Below, one piece after another: positions 44,441 through 58,315 of a stretch of 64,000 nt of DNA. Source of the stretch: the human T2T-CHM13v2.0 reference genome, Homo sapiens; assembly GCF_009914755.1 (NCBI RefSeq), contig NC_060938.1, one strand, 5' to 3'. The position numbers were made by a program, and so were the translations under genes. The notes beneath the pieces were generated by a model. It was given only the letters and a program-made list of their open reading frames with translations. It had not been told where the DNA came from and searched no databases. The first letter of the stretch is position 1; the number at the start of each line of letters is the position of its first letter.

Positions 44441-45743
44441 TGATCATGAGGAGGCTTGACGATGCCTACATGCAAGAATGTAATGTGGAAACATTCTTCA
44501 AGAGGTTTTACAAGTGAAAAAGGTACACGGCCTGGAGTCAGGAAACCAGTGTCTCAGTTCAGTGTCACCATTAGTTCCCTGGGTCACTTTCAGCAGGACA
44601 TATTCTACCTACAGGGCCCCAGGTTAGAATTGGATCCCTCTGCAGTGGCTACCTCCAACTTTGCCTACATGAAAGAGCGTCACCTGCTGGGGTGATAAGG
44701 GAGGCAGAAAGTAAAATATTGCAGGAACCTGGCTGGCCAAGGACCAAGGTATCTGGATTTCAGTAAGAAAAAGGGAATGCTTGGAAGATGCCATGCACCC
44801 ACCCCAGTCACCTTTTTCTGCATTCTGTTCTTCACTGGGAAAGAGAATTCCCTCTTCCATTCCTATCCCTTTGCTGTGACCCACACACCTGAAGACCACG
44901 GGATTCTCTGCCCTCTCACATCATAAGGTCTGTTCTCTGGACAGGATCTGACCACATGACACACAGTAAAAGGGGCTGCTAAGCCGAAGACTCCTCCCCT
45001 GTCCTGCTTCCCTGGTGGTGGAATGTCAGGCATTAGTGATAAGTCAGATGGAAGGTTTCAGCAGTAGCTTTTACCCCACATCTTCTTAACTCCCATAAAA
45101 GAGTGCAAGTGGTAATTTTACACTCATTCCTCTTAACCATTCATATGTGTGTTGGGGAGGTGGTCAAAGACCCCTAAGAAAAATTCAGTGAACAATATAG
45201 TTCCTCTGCCCAAAGAAAGATGTGTGTGCAAGTGTGCATGAGTGATCCAGATGACAGCTGGTGTTGGGAGCTGGGAACAGTCATCAAAATGAAGGTCGTA
45301 ATTTTGTAAGGTGAGCACATGCCCTCCAAGTAAAAGCAGCTTTATGCTTGTGTAGTCCTCCGGGTTCTTGATTTTTCCTACTTCTCTCCTTTTAATTAAT
45401 TTTACTTTTAAGAATTTTTTTAAATCCATGTTTTCTAGTTGTTATCAGTAGCTTGGTTGATTCACACAAACAAGCTGGCCATTGGCTAGAAACAGTTTTT
45501 TGTTTTATTAGGTTCCTTTTCATGAGTGAAAGCCTGTGTTTCCCCTTCGTTGTCAGCTATGGGAAGGCAGTAGCCTTATTCTTATATTTCTCACTACCAT
45601 CAATGCATCTAGCAAGGGGCCCTTATACTAAAGCTCCCTTTGGGGGTCCTACCTCATAAATGTATGTGTGCATATTGCTCCCTTCAGTTATTTAAATAAT
45701 TTTTTATTTTTGAATAATTTCAGACTTGTGGAAAAGTTACAAA

Positions 45744-46256
45744 GATTGGGTACAGGCCCCCCAAAATCTGGCCACAAACTGGCCCCAACACTGGCCATAA
45801 ATGAAATCTCTGCAGCACTGTGACATGTTCATGATGGCCATAACACCCACACTGGAAGGTTGTGGGTTTACTGGAATGAGGGCAAGGAACATCTGGCCCA
45901 CCCAGGGCGGAAAGCCACTTAAAGGCATTCTTAAACCACAAACAACAGCATGAACGATCTGTGCCTTAAGGACATGTTCCTGCTGCAGTTAACTAGCCCA
46001 ACCCATCCCTTTATTTCGGCCCATCCCTTCGTTTCCCATAAGGGATACTTTTAGTTAATCTAATATCTATAGAAACAATGCTAATAACTGGCTTGCTGTT
46101 AATAAATACGTGGGTAAGTCTCTGTTTGAGGCTCTCAGCTCTGAAGGCTGTGAGACCCCTGATTTCCCACTTCACACCTCTATATTTCTGTGTGTGTGTC
46201 TTTAATTCCTCTAGCACCACTGGGTTAGGGTCTCCCCTACTGAGCTGCTCTCAGCA
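45744..46256 (+). mobile_element. MER9a solo LTR (HERV-K9/HML-3)
   Basis: ttggg.acaggccccccaaaatctggcca...gcagcactgtgacatg...aataaatacgtgggtaa...gagctgctctcagca. Confidence 0.88.
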
Positions 46257-48322
46257 CAGGTTAAAAAAAATTAGTTGCCAATATCTAAAAATCAAGAGAC
46301 TTTTCATTTTTGCCTAGAAAATTAGAAGATCTGGCATTGTTAGTAGATTTCTACCTGGTGACAACTGGCTGAGGCCAAGTAAAAAAATAATAATAGCTAT
46401 GAATATGCTGAACATTTACTCAGCACTTACCATGTGCAAAACACTGTTTCAAGTGATTTGCAAGTATTAGCACATTTCATCCTCATTACAGGTCTTTAGG
46501 TGATTGCTGGTATCATCCCTATTCTACAGAAGAGGAAACTGAGGCACTGAGCCATTAGGTAGCATGTCCAGGGCCACCCAGCTAGGACGTGGATAAGAAG
46601 GGGCATTCTGTGGCTTCCAATTGCCACAGGGTACTGCCTCCTGAGCCTTTTCAGATTGTCATCCTCCATCTGACTGCTAGTCATTGACCTTTCTCTCTTG
46701 GTCTCTGTTGACATTTATTCCAAAACCTCTGCTTTTTGACAATTGTCACAGGAAGCCCCTCCCAGTTTACACACAATTTATAAAGCACGCTCACATTAAT
46801 GACTTCATCTGATCCCCAGCAGCCAGGCTATTTTATCCCCAAAGGGTCACTCTCATGGCTGGAATGCTAAAGGGTGGAGATATTAAAATATTTGCTGCTA
46901 CAATTTGTGGGGCATCTCAAACATCATACTTCTTTCACGTAGAAGTTGGAGGCTCCTGTCATCTCCCTGCTGCAGATGCCCAAGGCACTCCTGGCACACT
47001 GCCTTGAGCACCCCTACAAGAGGAAGGCTGGGCCTGCAGCATTGCCTTCAGCTCCAAAGGACCTCTATTCTGCACAAAATAACCCCAGATTACTGGATAG
47101 AGATGAGTCTGACACCTGGCTTCTCTATGGTTTGAACCACACAGATTTCCTGGGTGATGCTAAAACCGGCCCAAGTCCCATTATTGAACTTCGTCCCCCT
47201 CTTCTGCATGCTGGACATAACTTCATACCTGCTGGGCTCAGTACTGGGCCAGGAAAAAAAGAAAATGTTCAAAAGGATCTATTTGTATTCTTATCAATCT
47301 ACCCTCAGGCTGGGTGCAATGCAGAGGAAAGATGTAGATCAGAGAGCAAAGACGGCACTTAGGGTTGAATTTAAATTGGGTCATGTACTCTATATGAATG
47401 ACAGGGTTTCTACTCTTTCTGTGTCCTCTTATTATAAAGAAGATGATGAATTGACTATTTCTGGTACTGTTTATGCCTAGTTTCCCTGTGAAGCAGCTAG
47501 AAGTGGTAAGTAAATAATCTAGTTTTCCCAGCAAGGACATTGAAGTCCTCTCTGTATGGCAACTCAGTCAGTGGTTTGGGCAAAATGGAAGCTTGGTATT
47601 GAGATGGCCAGACACCTCCTCCAGGTGCAGCTGATTGCTTTGCTCTGTGTCTTTGAGGCCCACTTTTAATCTTCCTTATAGCAGCTCTGTAGGATTATGA
47701 GCTCTTCTTTGTGTAGACACCTAGATGATCTGTTCTGCCTATTCCATTAAGAATGTGCTTGCTTACATGTTATCTTCCTATCTAGATTGTATGAAAGAAC
47801 AGGTATTAGAATTGAGAGTAGAAGATCGAAAGGTTCTGGAGAAAAGAATAGAAACCATACCAAGAACAGGGAGGGATGTGCAGGATGACCAGCCACACAT
47901 AATTACTGGATGTGAAGGGAGCCCAAGAATGTGTTGCAAGGCAATTTGTCAGCCACGGTCCGGAGTAGAAGCTCAACAGTGTAGACTCAGCCCTTTGTCA
48001 CATGGAAGATGGCATCACTGGATGGCCCCAGTGGCTTGTGAGGGAGAGAGCAAAGAAAACTACAAATAATGAGGATAACTATGAGCAAAGCCATTGTAAA
48101 AGAAAAAGGACCCATGTATCATGAGAAAGGTGGAGAGAAGAAGAGGATAGTGTTTCTTGTTGTCTATAAGCCAGTCATCTCCACCATGTTGCTAAGCTTG
48201 CCTCTGGTGATAACTTCCCTAGGGTAGCAAGGGTTCCCAGGTTTTATGTTCAGCCAACGTGATAACTACTACACTATGGAAACCTATGATTCCCAGGTTT
48301 TAAAGAAATACTTAAGAGGTCT

Positions 48323-48620
<298 letters not shown>

Positions 48621-48722
48621 GTCTTTAGTCTCTCACTGGGTATGTGATGTGGGATGGCCAGAAATCATGCCCACCAACCTGGTCAGAGTTGGCACCTATA
48701 ACTTAATGCCTTGTGGTGGTGA

Positions 48723-49101
<379 letters not shown>

Positions 49102-49460
49102 AAAATTGTTCTAGTTCTAACCAAGAGAAACAGCATCGAACAATAGAGGGTTAAGCATGGACCCTGTGCCAAACACAGGACTGTAAGGGAAATTCTTTCT
49201 TTCATGTCTGCTTGGCCAGACATTGCTCAGAGCTACTGGGGTCAGCTTTGTCATCAAATTTCCCCAAACTTCAGAGGAGAATTATATATTTCTCTGGGGT
49301 CCAGAGGAGGGTGAGGCTCCAGAGCATGGGTTCCTTTGAAAATCTGGCCCATTTTGCCTTTTGCTCCATAATAAATCAGTGTTTGTTTGACATGAAAAAA
49401 AATGTTTTAAATTAGTTACTATTGAATAACTAAAGCACTCATTATCTCAAAGTTGGTTTA

Positions 49461-51778
49461 TGATATGTTTTGGCTGTGTCCCCACCCAAGTCTCACTTTG
49501 ACTTATAATAATCCCCATGTGTCAAGGGCTGGGCCAGGTGGAGATAATTGAATCATGGTGGTGGTTTCCCCCATACTGTTCTCATGATGGTGAATAAATC
49601 TCACAAGATCTGATGGTTTTATAAATGGGAATTCCCCTGCACAAGCTCTCTTGCCTGCTGCCATGTAAGATGTGACTTTGCTCCTCATTCACCTTCCACC
49701 ATGATTGTGAGGCCTCCCCAGCCATGTGAAACTGTGATTCAATTAAACTGCTTTCCTTTATAAATACCCAGCCTCAGGTATGTCTTTATTAGCAGCGTGA
49801 GAACAGGCTAATATAGTAAACTGGTACCTGTAGAGATACCCAAAAATGTGGAAGCAACTTTGGAATGGGGTAACAGGTAGAGATTGGAACAGTTTGGAGG
49901 ACTCAGAAGAAGACAGGAAAGTGTGGGAAATTTTTGAACTTCCTAGGGACTTGTTGAATGCTTTTGACCAAAATGCTGATAGTGATATGGACAATAAAGT
50001 CCAGGCTGAGGTACTCTCAGATGGAGATGAGAAACCTGTTGGAACCAGAATGAAGGTGACTCTTACTACGTTTTAGCAAGGAGACTAGGGCATTTTGCCC
50101 CTGAGCTAGAGATCTGTGGAACTTTGAACTTCAGATAATTTAGGGTATCTGATGGAAGAAATTTCTAAGCAGCAAGGCACTGAAGATGTCATTTGAGTGC
50201 TGTTAAAAGCATTCAGTTTTATGTATTCACAAAAATATGGTTTGGAATTGGAACTTACATTTAAAGGGGAAGCAGAGCATGAAAATTTGGAAAATTTGCA
50301 GCCTGACAATATGATAGAAAAGAAAAACCCATGTTCTGAGGAGAAATTCAAACCAGCTGCAGAAATTTGAATAAGTAACGAGGAACCAAATGTCAATCAC
50401 CAAGACAATGGAGAAAATGTCTTCAGGGCATGTCAGAGGTTTTCATAGCAGTCCCTCCCATCACAAGCCTGGAGGCCTAGAAGGAAAAAATGGTTTTGGG
50501 GGCTGGACCCAGAGCCTTGCTGCTTTGTGCAGGCTCAGGACTTGGTGCTTTGCATCCCAACTGTGGCCAAAAAGGGCCAACATACAGCTCAGGCCATTGC
50601 TTCAGAGGGTGCAAACCCCAAGTCTTGGTGATTTACACATGGTGTTGGGCCCGCAGGAGCACAGAAGTCAAGCATTGAGGTTTGGGAACCTCCGCCTAGA
50701 TTCAAAGCATGTATGGAAACACCTGGATGTCCAGGCAGAGGTGTGCTGCAGGGGTGGGGCCTTCATGGAGAACCTCTGGTAGAACAGTGCAGAAGGGAAA
50801 TGTGGGGTGGGAGTCCCCACACAAAGTCCCCACTGGGGCACTGCCTAATGGAGCTGTGAGAAGAGGGTAACCATCCTCCAGACCCCAGAATGGTAGATCC
50901 ACTGACAGCTTGCACTGTGCACCTGAAAAAGATGCAGACACTTAATACCAGCCTGTGAAAGCAGCCAGAAAGAGGGATGTTCCTTGCAAAGCCACAGGGG
51001 CAGAGCTGCCAAAGACCATGGGAACCTACCTCTTGCATTAGCATGACCTGGATGTGAGACATGGAGTCAAAGGAGATCATTTTGGAGCTTTAAGAAATTG
51101 GCCAAAACAAAGGGGCTAGAGGCCCCCCTGGATTTTGGACTTGCATGGGGCCTGTAGCCCTTTCATTTTGGCCAATTTTTCCCATTTGGAATGGGTGTAT
51201 TTACCTAATGCCTATACCCCCATTGTATATAGGAAGTAACTAACTTGCTTTTGATTTTACAGGCTCATAGGTGGAAGGGACTTGCCTTGTCTCAGATGAA
51301 ACATTGGACTTGGACTTTTGGATTAATGCTGGAATGAGTTAAGACTTTGGGGGACTGTTGGAAGAGCATGATCGTGTTTTGAAATGTGACGATGTGAAAT
51401 TTGGAAGGGGCCAGGGGCAGAAATATATGGTTTGGCCCTGTGTCTCCACCCAAATCTCACTTTGAATTGTAATAATCCCCACATGTCCAGGGCAGGGTCA
51501 GGCAGAGTTAATGGAATCATGAGGGTGGTTTCCCCCATGCTGTTCTTGTGGTAGTGAATAAGTCTCATGAGAGCTGATGGTTTTATAAATTGGAGTCCCC
51601 TTGCACAAGCTCTCTTGCTTGCCACCATGTAAGATGTGACTTTGCTCCTCATTCTCCATCCACCATGATTGGGAGGCCTCCCCAGCCTTGTGGAACTGTG
51701 AGTCCATTAAACCTCTTTCCTGTATAAATTACCCAATCTCAGGTATGTCTTTATTAGCAGTGTGAGAACAGACTAATA
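49461..51778 (+). mobile_element. Full-length THE1 (C-like) MaLR retroelement: LTR 49461-49815, internal, LTR ~51423-51778
   Basis: Two homologous ~355-bp LTRs, recognisable THE1-int, PPT ggggccaggggcagaa, perfect 5-bp TSD GTTTA (49456-60 / 51779-83). Confidence 0.95.
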
Positions 51779-51952
51779 GTTTAGGTCCTGGCACACACTG
51801 TGGGCCACAAGCCAAGCATGTTGATTTTCTGCTGGGATGTAATCTCCATCTGTCTCTCTGTCTGTCTCTCTGTCTGCCTGTCTCTCTTTCCAGAGAACCC
51901 TTATTTAGTTCCACAGATAATTAATAAAAGAAGAGATGAATTAGCTAGGTTG

Positions 51953-52309
51953 TGCCATGATCTGAATGCTGTGTCCCCCCCCAAATTTATATGTTGATAC
52001 CTAACCCCCAGTGAAATGATGTTAAGAGGTGGTGCCTTTGGGAGGTGATTAGGTCATGAAGCTGGAGCCCACATGAATGGGACTGTGCCCTTTTTAAAGA
52101 GGCCTGAGGGAGTTTGTTAGACTCCTCTGGCGTTTGAGGACAAATAGAAGGCTCCATCTATGAGGAGCAAGCCCTCACCAGACACCAAATCTGCTGGCAC
52201 TTTTATCTTGGACTTCTCAGACTCCAGAATTGTAAGCAATAAATTTCTGATATTTATAAATTACCCAGTCTCAGGTATTTTGTCATAGCAGCCAAAACAT
52301 ACTGAGACA
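51953..52309 (+). mobile_element. MLT1A-like LTR nested in the end of an oppositely oriented MLT1
   Basis: TG...gagaCA; ccctcaccagacacc...aataaatttctg; TSD ggttg/ggctg. Confidence 0.8.
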
Positions 52310-52658
52310 GGCTGCTTTAACAAATTACCATAGACTAAGTGGCTTAAACAAAAACATCTATTTTTCACAGCTCTAAAGACCGGAAAGTTCAAGACCAAGT
52401 TCCCTGCAGACCTGGTATCTGGTGAGGGCTACTTCCCGTTGTTCAGATGGTCATCTTTTCCTGGTATCCTCACGTGGCAAGAGCAGAGACAGAACAAACT
52501 CTGTTGTTTCTTCTTATAAGGGCTCTCATCCCATTCAACAGATTCCATCCTTATGACCTGATTACTTTCCAAAGGTCCCACCTTCTAATATTATCATATT
52601 GGGGATTGGGATTTCAACATTTAAATTTTGTGGGGACACAAATATTCAGTTCCTAACA
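52310..52658 (-). mobile_element. MLT1A/B-like LTR
   Basis: ggctgct.taacaaattaccatagact...tggtgagggc...ttataagggc...tttcaacat...ggggacacaaatattcag. Confidence 0.8.
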
Positions 52659-55600
52659 GGGGATTAGGGGTAGGCTTCCTGAATTGCTGAATTTGAAGAG
52701 TTTTTTCCCAAAGAGATGCTTAACTGTGCAACCTTACCCTCCATTAAAATCCCGGTACAACTACTGCATACCTGGTGCCAATACAAATGTCCCATCTCCA
52801 ACCTTTCAGCTGACTTTGCTCTCCTGTGCTCCAAGGCAGCTTCTTAAAACTTTGTGTTCTTCTGGAGCCCAATCTCATCCTGCCTGCTTGGTCTTAGCAG
52901 CCAATGGCACCTGCTACTCTCCTGAAACATTCGAGTTGGTCAGGCAGGGGCAATCTCATTTTCACATCTTACTCTTCCTAACTTCTCTGTTTTCATCCTC
53001 CCAGCTTCTCTCCAGTTTGGGACATGTATTGTCCCTTTAAGGTGACTTCATCCTCTAGAACTGTTAATGCAACCTCCCCCAGACCTTGTTCCTCCAGATT
53101 TCCTGTCTCCCTGTTTGTTTCAGTTTTTCATTTGTACTTGATCCCATTATTACAGCAACACCTGCCTGGAGCTGCAGAATGAACAGCGAGAGCCCTGATG
53201 CAAAGCCTAATAAGGGACTCTGTCACACAACACAAAGGCATTACCTCTGTCATCCACCGTTGTGAAAACTTTACCAATAACTTTAATTTATCTCTTTCAT
53301 TTTTCAACAACTCTTGAGTGCCTACTATATCCTAGGTGATGGAGCTACAGAAATCAACCATACAGATGTCCTTATTATCGGATTGGAGCTTAGAGGGTTA
53401 CAGGAGAGACAAATTAGAAAAAAATCACAAAATATACACATAATTGAAAATTGCTATGATGAGTACTATGAAAGAACAGATAAGTCTTTTGAGAGTTTAA
53501 TAGGATGCAATTTAGACTGTTTTGGCTCACCAAAGGGATTCTTTTTAATAAAATGAATTTATGTAGGCAAATTGGAAACCTAAAATTTAATATGAAACAT
53601 TATATAATATACAAGGGGGAAGTCACTCATTAAAAATGAATTTTAAGACAGTAAGCCATTTTCATATAATTTCCTTTTATCTCTCAAGCTGTGTGAACAT
53701 GTATGCTGAAGACCTGCTAATCCTATTAAACATCGTGGACCTAGCTCCATCTTTCAGTAGTTTATATATTTAAAATTGGAAATATATAGATACGAAGATT
53801 GGAAAGGTTACAAATAGATAGATTGATTAATAAAAATAATATGGAGTTAACCAGCCAGCTGCATCTCACTTCTTTATTATATAGAAATTGTATTTAGAGT
53901 GTGTGATGGGATATAAGGAGTTTCTAAGCCTCCTATACATGTATTCCTCAATTCCCAGGCTCAGAATATTCAGGAAATATTCGCTATCTTCTAAACCTCA
54001 CCCTTTTCCTGTGTTTGAAATCTTCATGAACACCTCTGCATCCAGCCTTTTGTACAAGTCAGACAGAAATCTGAGAGTCATCCTGGACTCCTGGCTCTCC
54101 CCACTGTCATCAAGTCTTCTTGACACATTGGAAGTTGTTCTACAGCATAATCATTGTCTCTGTTTTAAGTATTAAAAATTTTTAAAATATTTGAAGGAAT
54201 AATTTGAGGTCTATGACAGTGATATGTTCCTCCAGATAGTATTTTGTTGTTGTTGTTCATTTCTATTAGGTGTTTGGGAGTATTATTTAGGATGCAATAG
54301 GTCTTGAAATTATACTTGGCTCACCCGAAATCTCACGGTAAAGTCCTTTGTGATCCCACATCAGGCCCCCTGGCTTACCAGGCCCCCTGCCATTGCAGAG
54401 TCTGGACTGCAACTTATGTCCATTGAGCTTGTCCATCCAGGTTATCAAAAATGCTGCTCAGACGCACTCAGCAGCATCTTCTAAAATAGCAATCTTTCCT
54501 ACATCAGCAAACATTCACTTAGTAATGGTGGCCCAAGTTGTCTTTCTGGATTTCTATTCTTTCCTGAAACTTAGCTCGATAAACCTCAATATCCTGTTAG
54601 CTTTTCAATGCTTTAAAGATCTTTGAAAAGTATTTAATCTAGATCTTTTCATTGTTTTAGTTGGAGGGTTGGTTCAAATGATGTGTTCTATCATTATCAC
54701 AAATTAAAGAAGGTTTATTTTGCTTGTTCATTTATTTTTAACTGCACTGTTAACTCTGGTTGTTCCAAGAAGGTGAACTTACAGAGTGAGAGTTTTGCTT
54801 CTTGTTTTATTTACCACTTGTGTATTACTTTTATAATTATAAAAAATCGTAATTCCAAAATTTAAAGACAAAATATATGCAAAGGATTAGCATGATGTTG
54901 GCCATATAACCACTGCTCGAAATATTATCTTTCCATTTGCCGGTTTCCTTTTCTTTTCATTCACCCTCTCCCAGATCACCACCAGGACTTCTGTCTTTTG
55001 AGGTCTTGCTCCCTTGGGGCCGTGAACCCTTCTCTGTCACAGCAGCCTCACTCCCGCTCTCTTTCCTCACTTTACAGCCCCGGTCTTCAAGAGCGGCTCG
55101 GACCTTACCCTCACAATGGGCCACAGGAATTTATATGTCCCTTGAAAGACCTGAAATGACACGGCAGTGTCTGAACACACGGGGGCGCGCTAATCACCTC
55201 GTTTTAGAAGAAGTCCCAAAGCTCTGCTGGGACTCAACACTTGGGCAGCCTAGCAGTCATGGAGCTAACTAAACCCGAAATTCATCACCCCAAAGGCTGA
55301 TTGTATTGAGTCTTTGCCACGCTCTTCTGGGGTGTGTTTACCAAACACCACTTTAGTTTGTGATCTCTGCGTAACAGTGACAGTGGCAAGACTTGAAACA
55401 TTGGAAAGCATTTACTCCAGAAAGACTCTCAGAAATAAACTTCTAAGCACAAGTCCTCTGACAGTCCCTGGAAAGTATACTGAAGATTATACCAGCCTTC
55501 CCTGTGGTTTCTAATGCAACTTCCTTCCAGTGCACCCTATGGGACCTGCCTGTGTTCTCCTTTGGTGAATCTTGCAACATTTACGTTTTTCGACTCGCTT

Positions 55601-55660
55601 TTCCATTTAATATCAAGTTTCATTCTATTTGGTATTTGTTTCAGAAGTTTGGAAGCCAGG

Positions 55661-55807
55661 AGGAAAGATATAAATCACAGATAAAGGAATACTTCTGTGA
55701 TGCCCTTTACCAAGGTAGGGCACATTTCTGGGCAGGAAAGATATAAATCACAGATAAAGGAATACTTCTGTGATGCCCTTTGCCAAGGTAGGGGCACATT
55801 TCTGGGC
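55661..55807. repeat. Tandem duplication, 2 x 73/74 bp
   Basis: aggaaagatataaatcacag...cacatttctgggc at 55661-55733 and 55734-55807; two differences. Confidence 0.97.
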
Positions 55808-57909
55808 ATATTTGGTGGATGTTCACTTCTCTGAGGATGCAGGAACCTCCAGGAAATGTCCTCTCTCAAGCACATCAGGGATTTACTTTCATTTAACTAA
55901 CACTTGCATAGGACCTACTGTGCACCAGGCACTGCTCTAGATGTTTAATACTTTAACTCCATTATTTCCTCACTAGGGAGGCAGCACATGGTAGATGTAT
56001 TTCAAAGAAATGTCCAGAGCACAATTGTCTCCTCTGACTGAAAGCAAAATGGAGCAGGTGGCAGATGCTTTGCAGATCAAGATGCTGACTCAGGGATCAA
56101 GGCTGGGAGAGCAGGCCATGTGACTGGTGGCTCCAGTGACTGCATGCCACTAACTTAGGAACTATCATGATGTGGATGGGACACGGTTACAAAAGCCAGA
56201 TCAAGTCAGTGTGTCAGAATTCCGAGCAAGGTCTTAGGAACGGGCTTTTGGTACCAAGAAGGGCATGGATATCTAGCTCAGAGATCTGAGTTAGAGCCAG
56301 CCAAGGGGCCAGGCTGACAGGAAATCAAAGAGGGCTGGGTGGGAGGTGAACTCCCTCCAGGATAAACCAGTTTCAAACTTAGGTCTGCAGGAGCAAAGCA
56401 ATTTGGGGGTATAAGTGCAGGGAATATTATTTCAGAACATCTTTTTCAGAATTCTGTGAGCTAAAATAGCATTCTGGCATATCATTTTTTATACTTTTTC
56501 TGAAACTGACTTAATGTAAGACCTAGAACCTGGGAATAAAATAGAATATTCAAATACAAGAAAACATCTTAATTTATACACAGTGCTAGACTCTTTCTAA
56601 ATTGCAAGTCACTAATTTTATCTGAGAGTTTTAACTCAGTGTATAACTTTCTTCTTTTCTCTGGAGTCTGATATGAGGTCAACCAATTTTACGGTGGGGA
56701 TAAAGAAGGGTGAAATATTAAGAGAAAAAGCAGCAGGGGCCATATCACCTAGAAGTATGTGGTTCCAAGAAACAAACTGGTGATTCTACTGGCCATTCCC
56801 ATCAATGTTCCAAAGAGGGACTTGGTTCTATTGACCTTTTCTGACTCTCTTGCACCCAGGAAACTTACTTTCTGTCCCTGTTTTTGAATCTGGGCACAGG
56901 AAAGAGAAGTCCGACAGGTTTTTAGGCTCTTTCAAATGCCATCTTAGATTATATTCAGAAGGCAAACAGATACTGCTAGTAGGTTATCAGTAGATGGAGG
57001 GTGAAGGGTCAGCCATGGAAAGGGACATGGTTTTAGCTGGTTTGCAGGTTTTTGTCTCTGAATTAGTTTTTTATTAAAATAATTGGGTCTCTTTATAATT
57101 CTGACTTGTTGAAGAACTAATCTGCGATAATGTTTCTGTGTGTCAGTTATCATTTTACTCCCTCTCACCTCCAAATTCACCCTTTGATATGTGCTCAATG
57201 ATAATGGAAGGGCCTCCTTCAAGCATTTCTTCTTCACAGTGAGCAAGATGTTAAGCACTGGTGCCCCGTGTCCCTCTGCTAGCTTTCTCCTACAGCATTT
57301 GGTCTTCCATGGCCCGTCTGATGCTGTGGCCCTCCTAACACAGACACCACATATCCTCCTGTCTGCACCAGAGCCCCTACTCCCTCCATATGCCTGAATA
57401 AACAGCCACTGACTGTGGCCTATGTGTGCCTTAGAGGGTTGCTTCCTGCTTGCCCAGGGACTGTGGACCAGTTCCGGCCTACTAAAACCAGCAAATGTCT
57501 CTGACACCCAGTGTGTTGCAATAGCCCTTTCTCCAATGAGGTTTGATCCCCTTGGAAAGTGGAACCTCCTTACCAAGTTTGTCCTTTGGATATTCTCCAT
57601 CAGCCCTAGAATATTCTGTAGAGTTCTCTTACGTATTATAGTTACTCTTTTACCATAACTTAATAATTCTTTATATAGAACTCCCCTTGTTTAAATCGCA
57701 ATATGGTTTCTGTCTCCTGATTATTCCTAAATTAATACAGAAATTCACATTTAATTAGCCCTTACTATGTTTCAGGAAGTTCATGTACTCTATTTCACTG
57801 AAGGCAACAACGTGGTGCAGGAGAGTGGATCAAAGCACAAGCTTTGGAACCAGGCAGATCAGTACTTCCATTCTGGCTCCAACTCTTCCCATCTCTGTGA
57901 TGTTTGGGT

Positions 57910-58315
57910 ACAGGATGCTGTGGTTCTACACTCAGATGCCCCTTTAGGACTAAATTTCTCATTAATTTATCTGCCAACAGTATTAGCTGCTGACAGCTCA
58001 TGGTTTTGTTTCTCTCTGAAAATGGTTTTCTACTGTAGGAAGCTGCCATGCCCAAAGTGACAACCCCTCTGGGGATAAATCTGCACCAGTGATGGGTTGA
58101 TGTGGGGGTACAAAGGCTCGCTCCTCTTCAATTTCATTTGGCATATCTCCATTACAGAGCATCCTGTGCAATCTGACATTGCTGTTGCAATTGCGTTGAA
58201 GTTTTCCTTTGGTGCAAACCTGTTTTTCTTGCTCCTTCACAGAGGTTGTTCCTGAGAGTGTTCCCTGATAAACTTCTTGCATGCAAATCTGCGTTTTCCA
58301 GGAACCTGAACTACA
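57910..58315 (+). mobile_element. LTR16-like ERVL LTR relic (another ERVL-like relic at ~57140-57740)
   Basis: tcagatgcccctttaggact...ccctgataaacttcttgcatgcaaatct. Confidence 0.5.

Noticed and set aside
49846-51080. THE1-internal ORF fragments
   Set aside because: Interrupted by stops and frameshifts; remnants of the MaLR ORF
55661-55807. CRISPR-like repeat array
   Set aside because: Two adjacent copies with no spacer, in human DNA; a simple tandem duplication
56944-57600. 218-aa minus-strand ORF
   Set aside because: Overlaps an LTR-like relic; no recognisable protein motif
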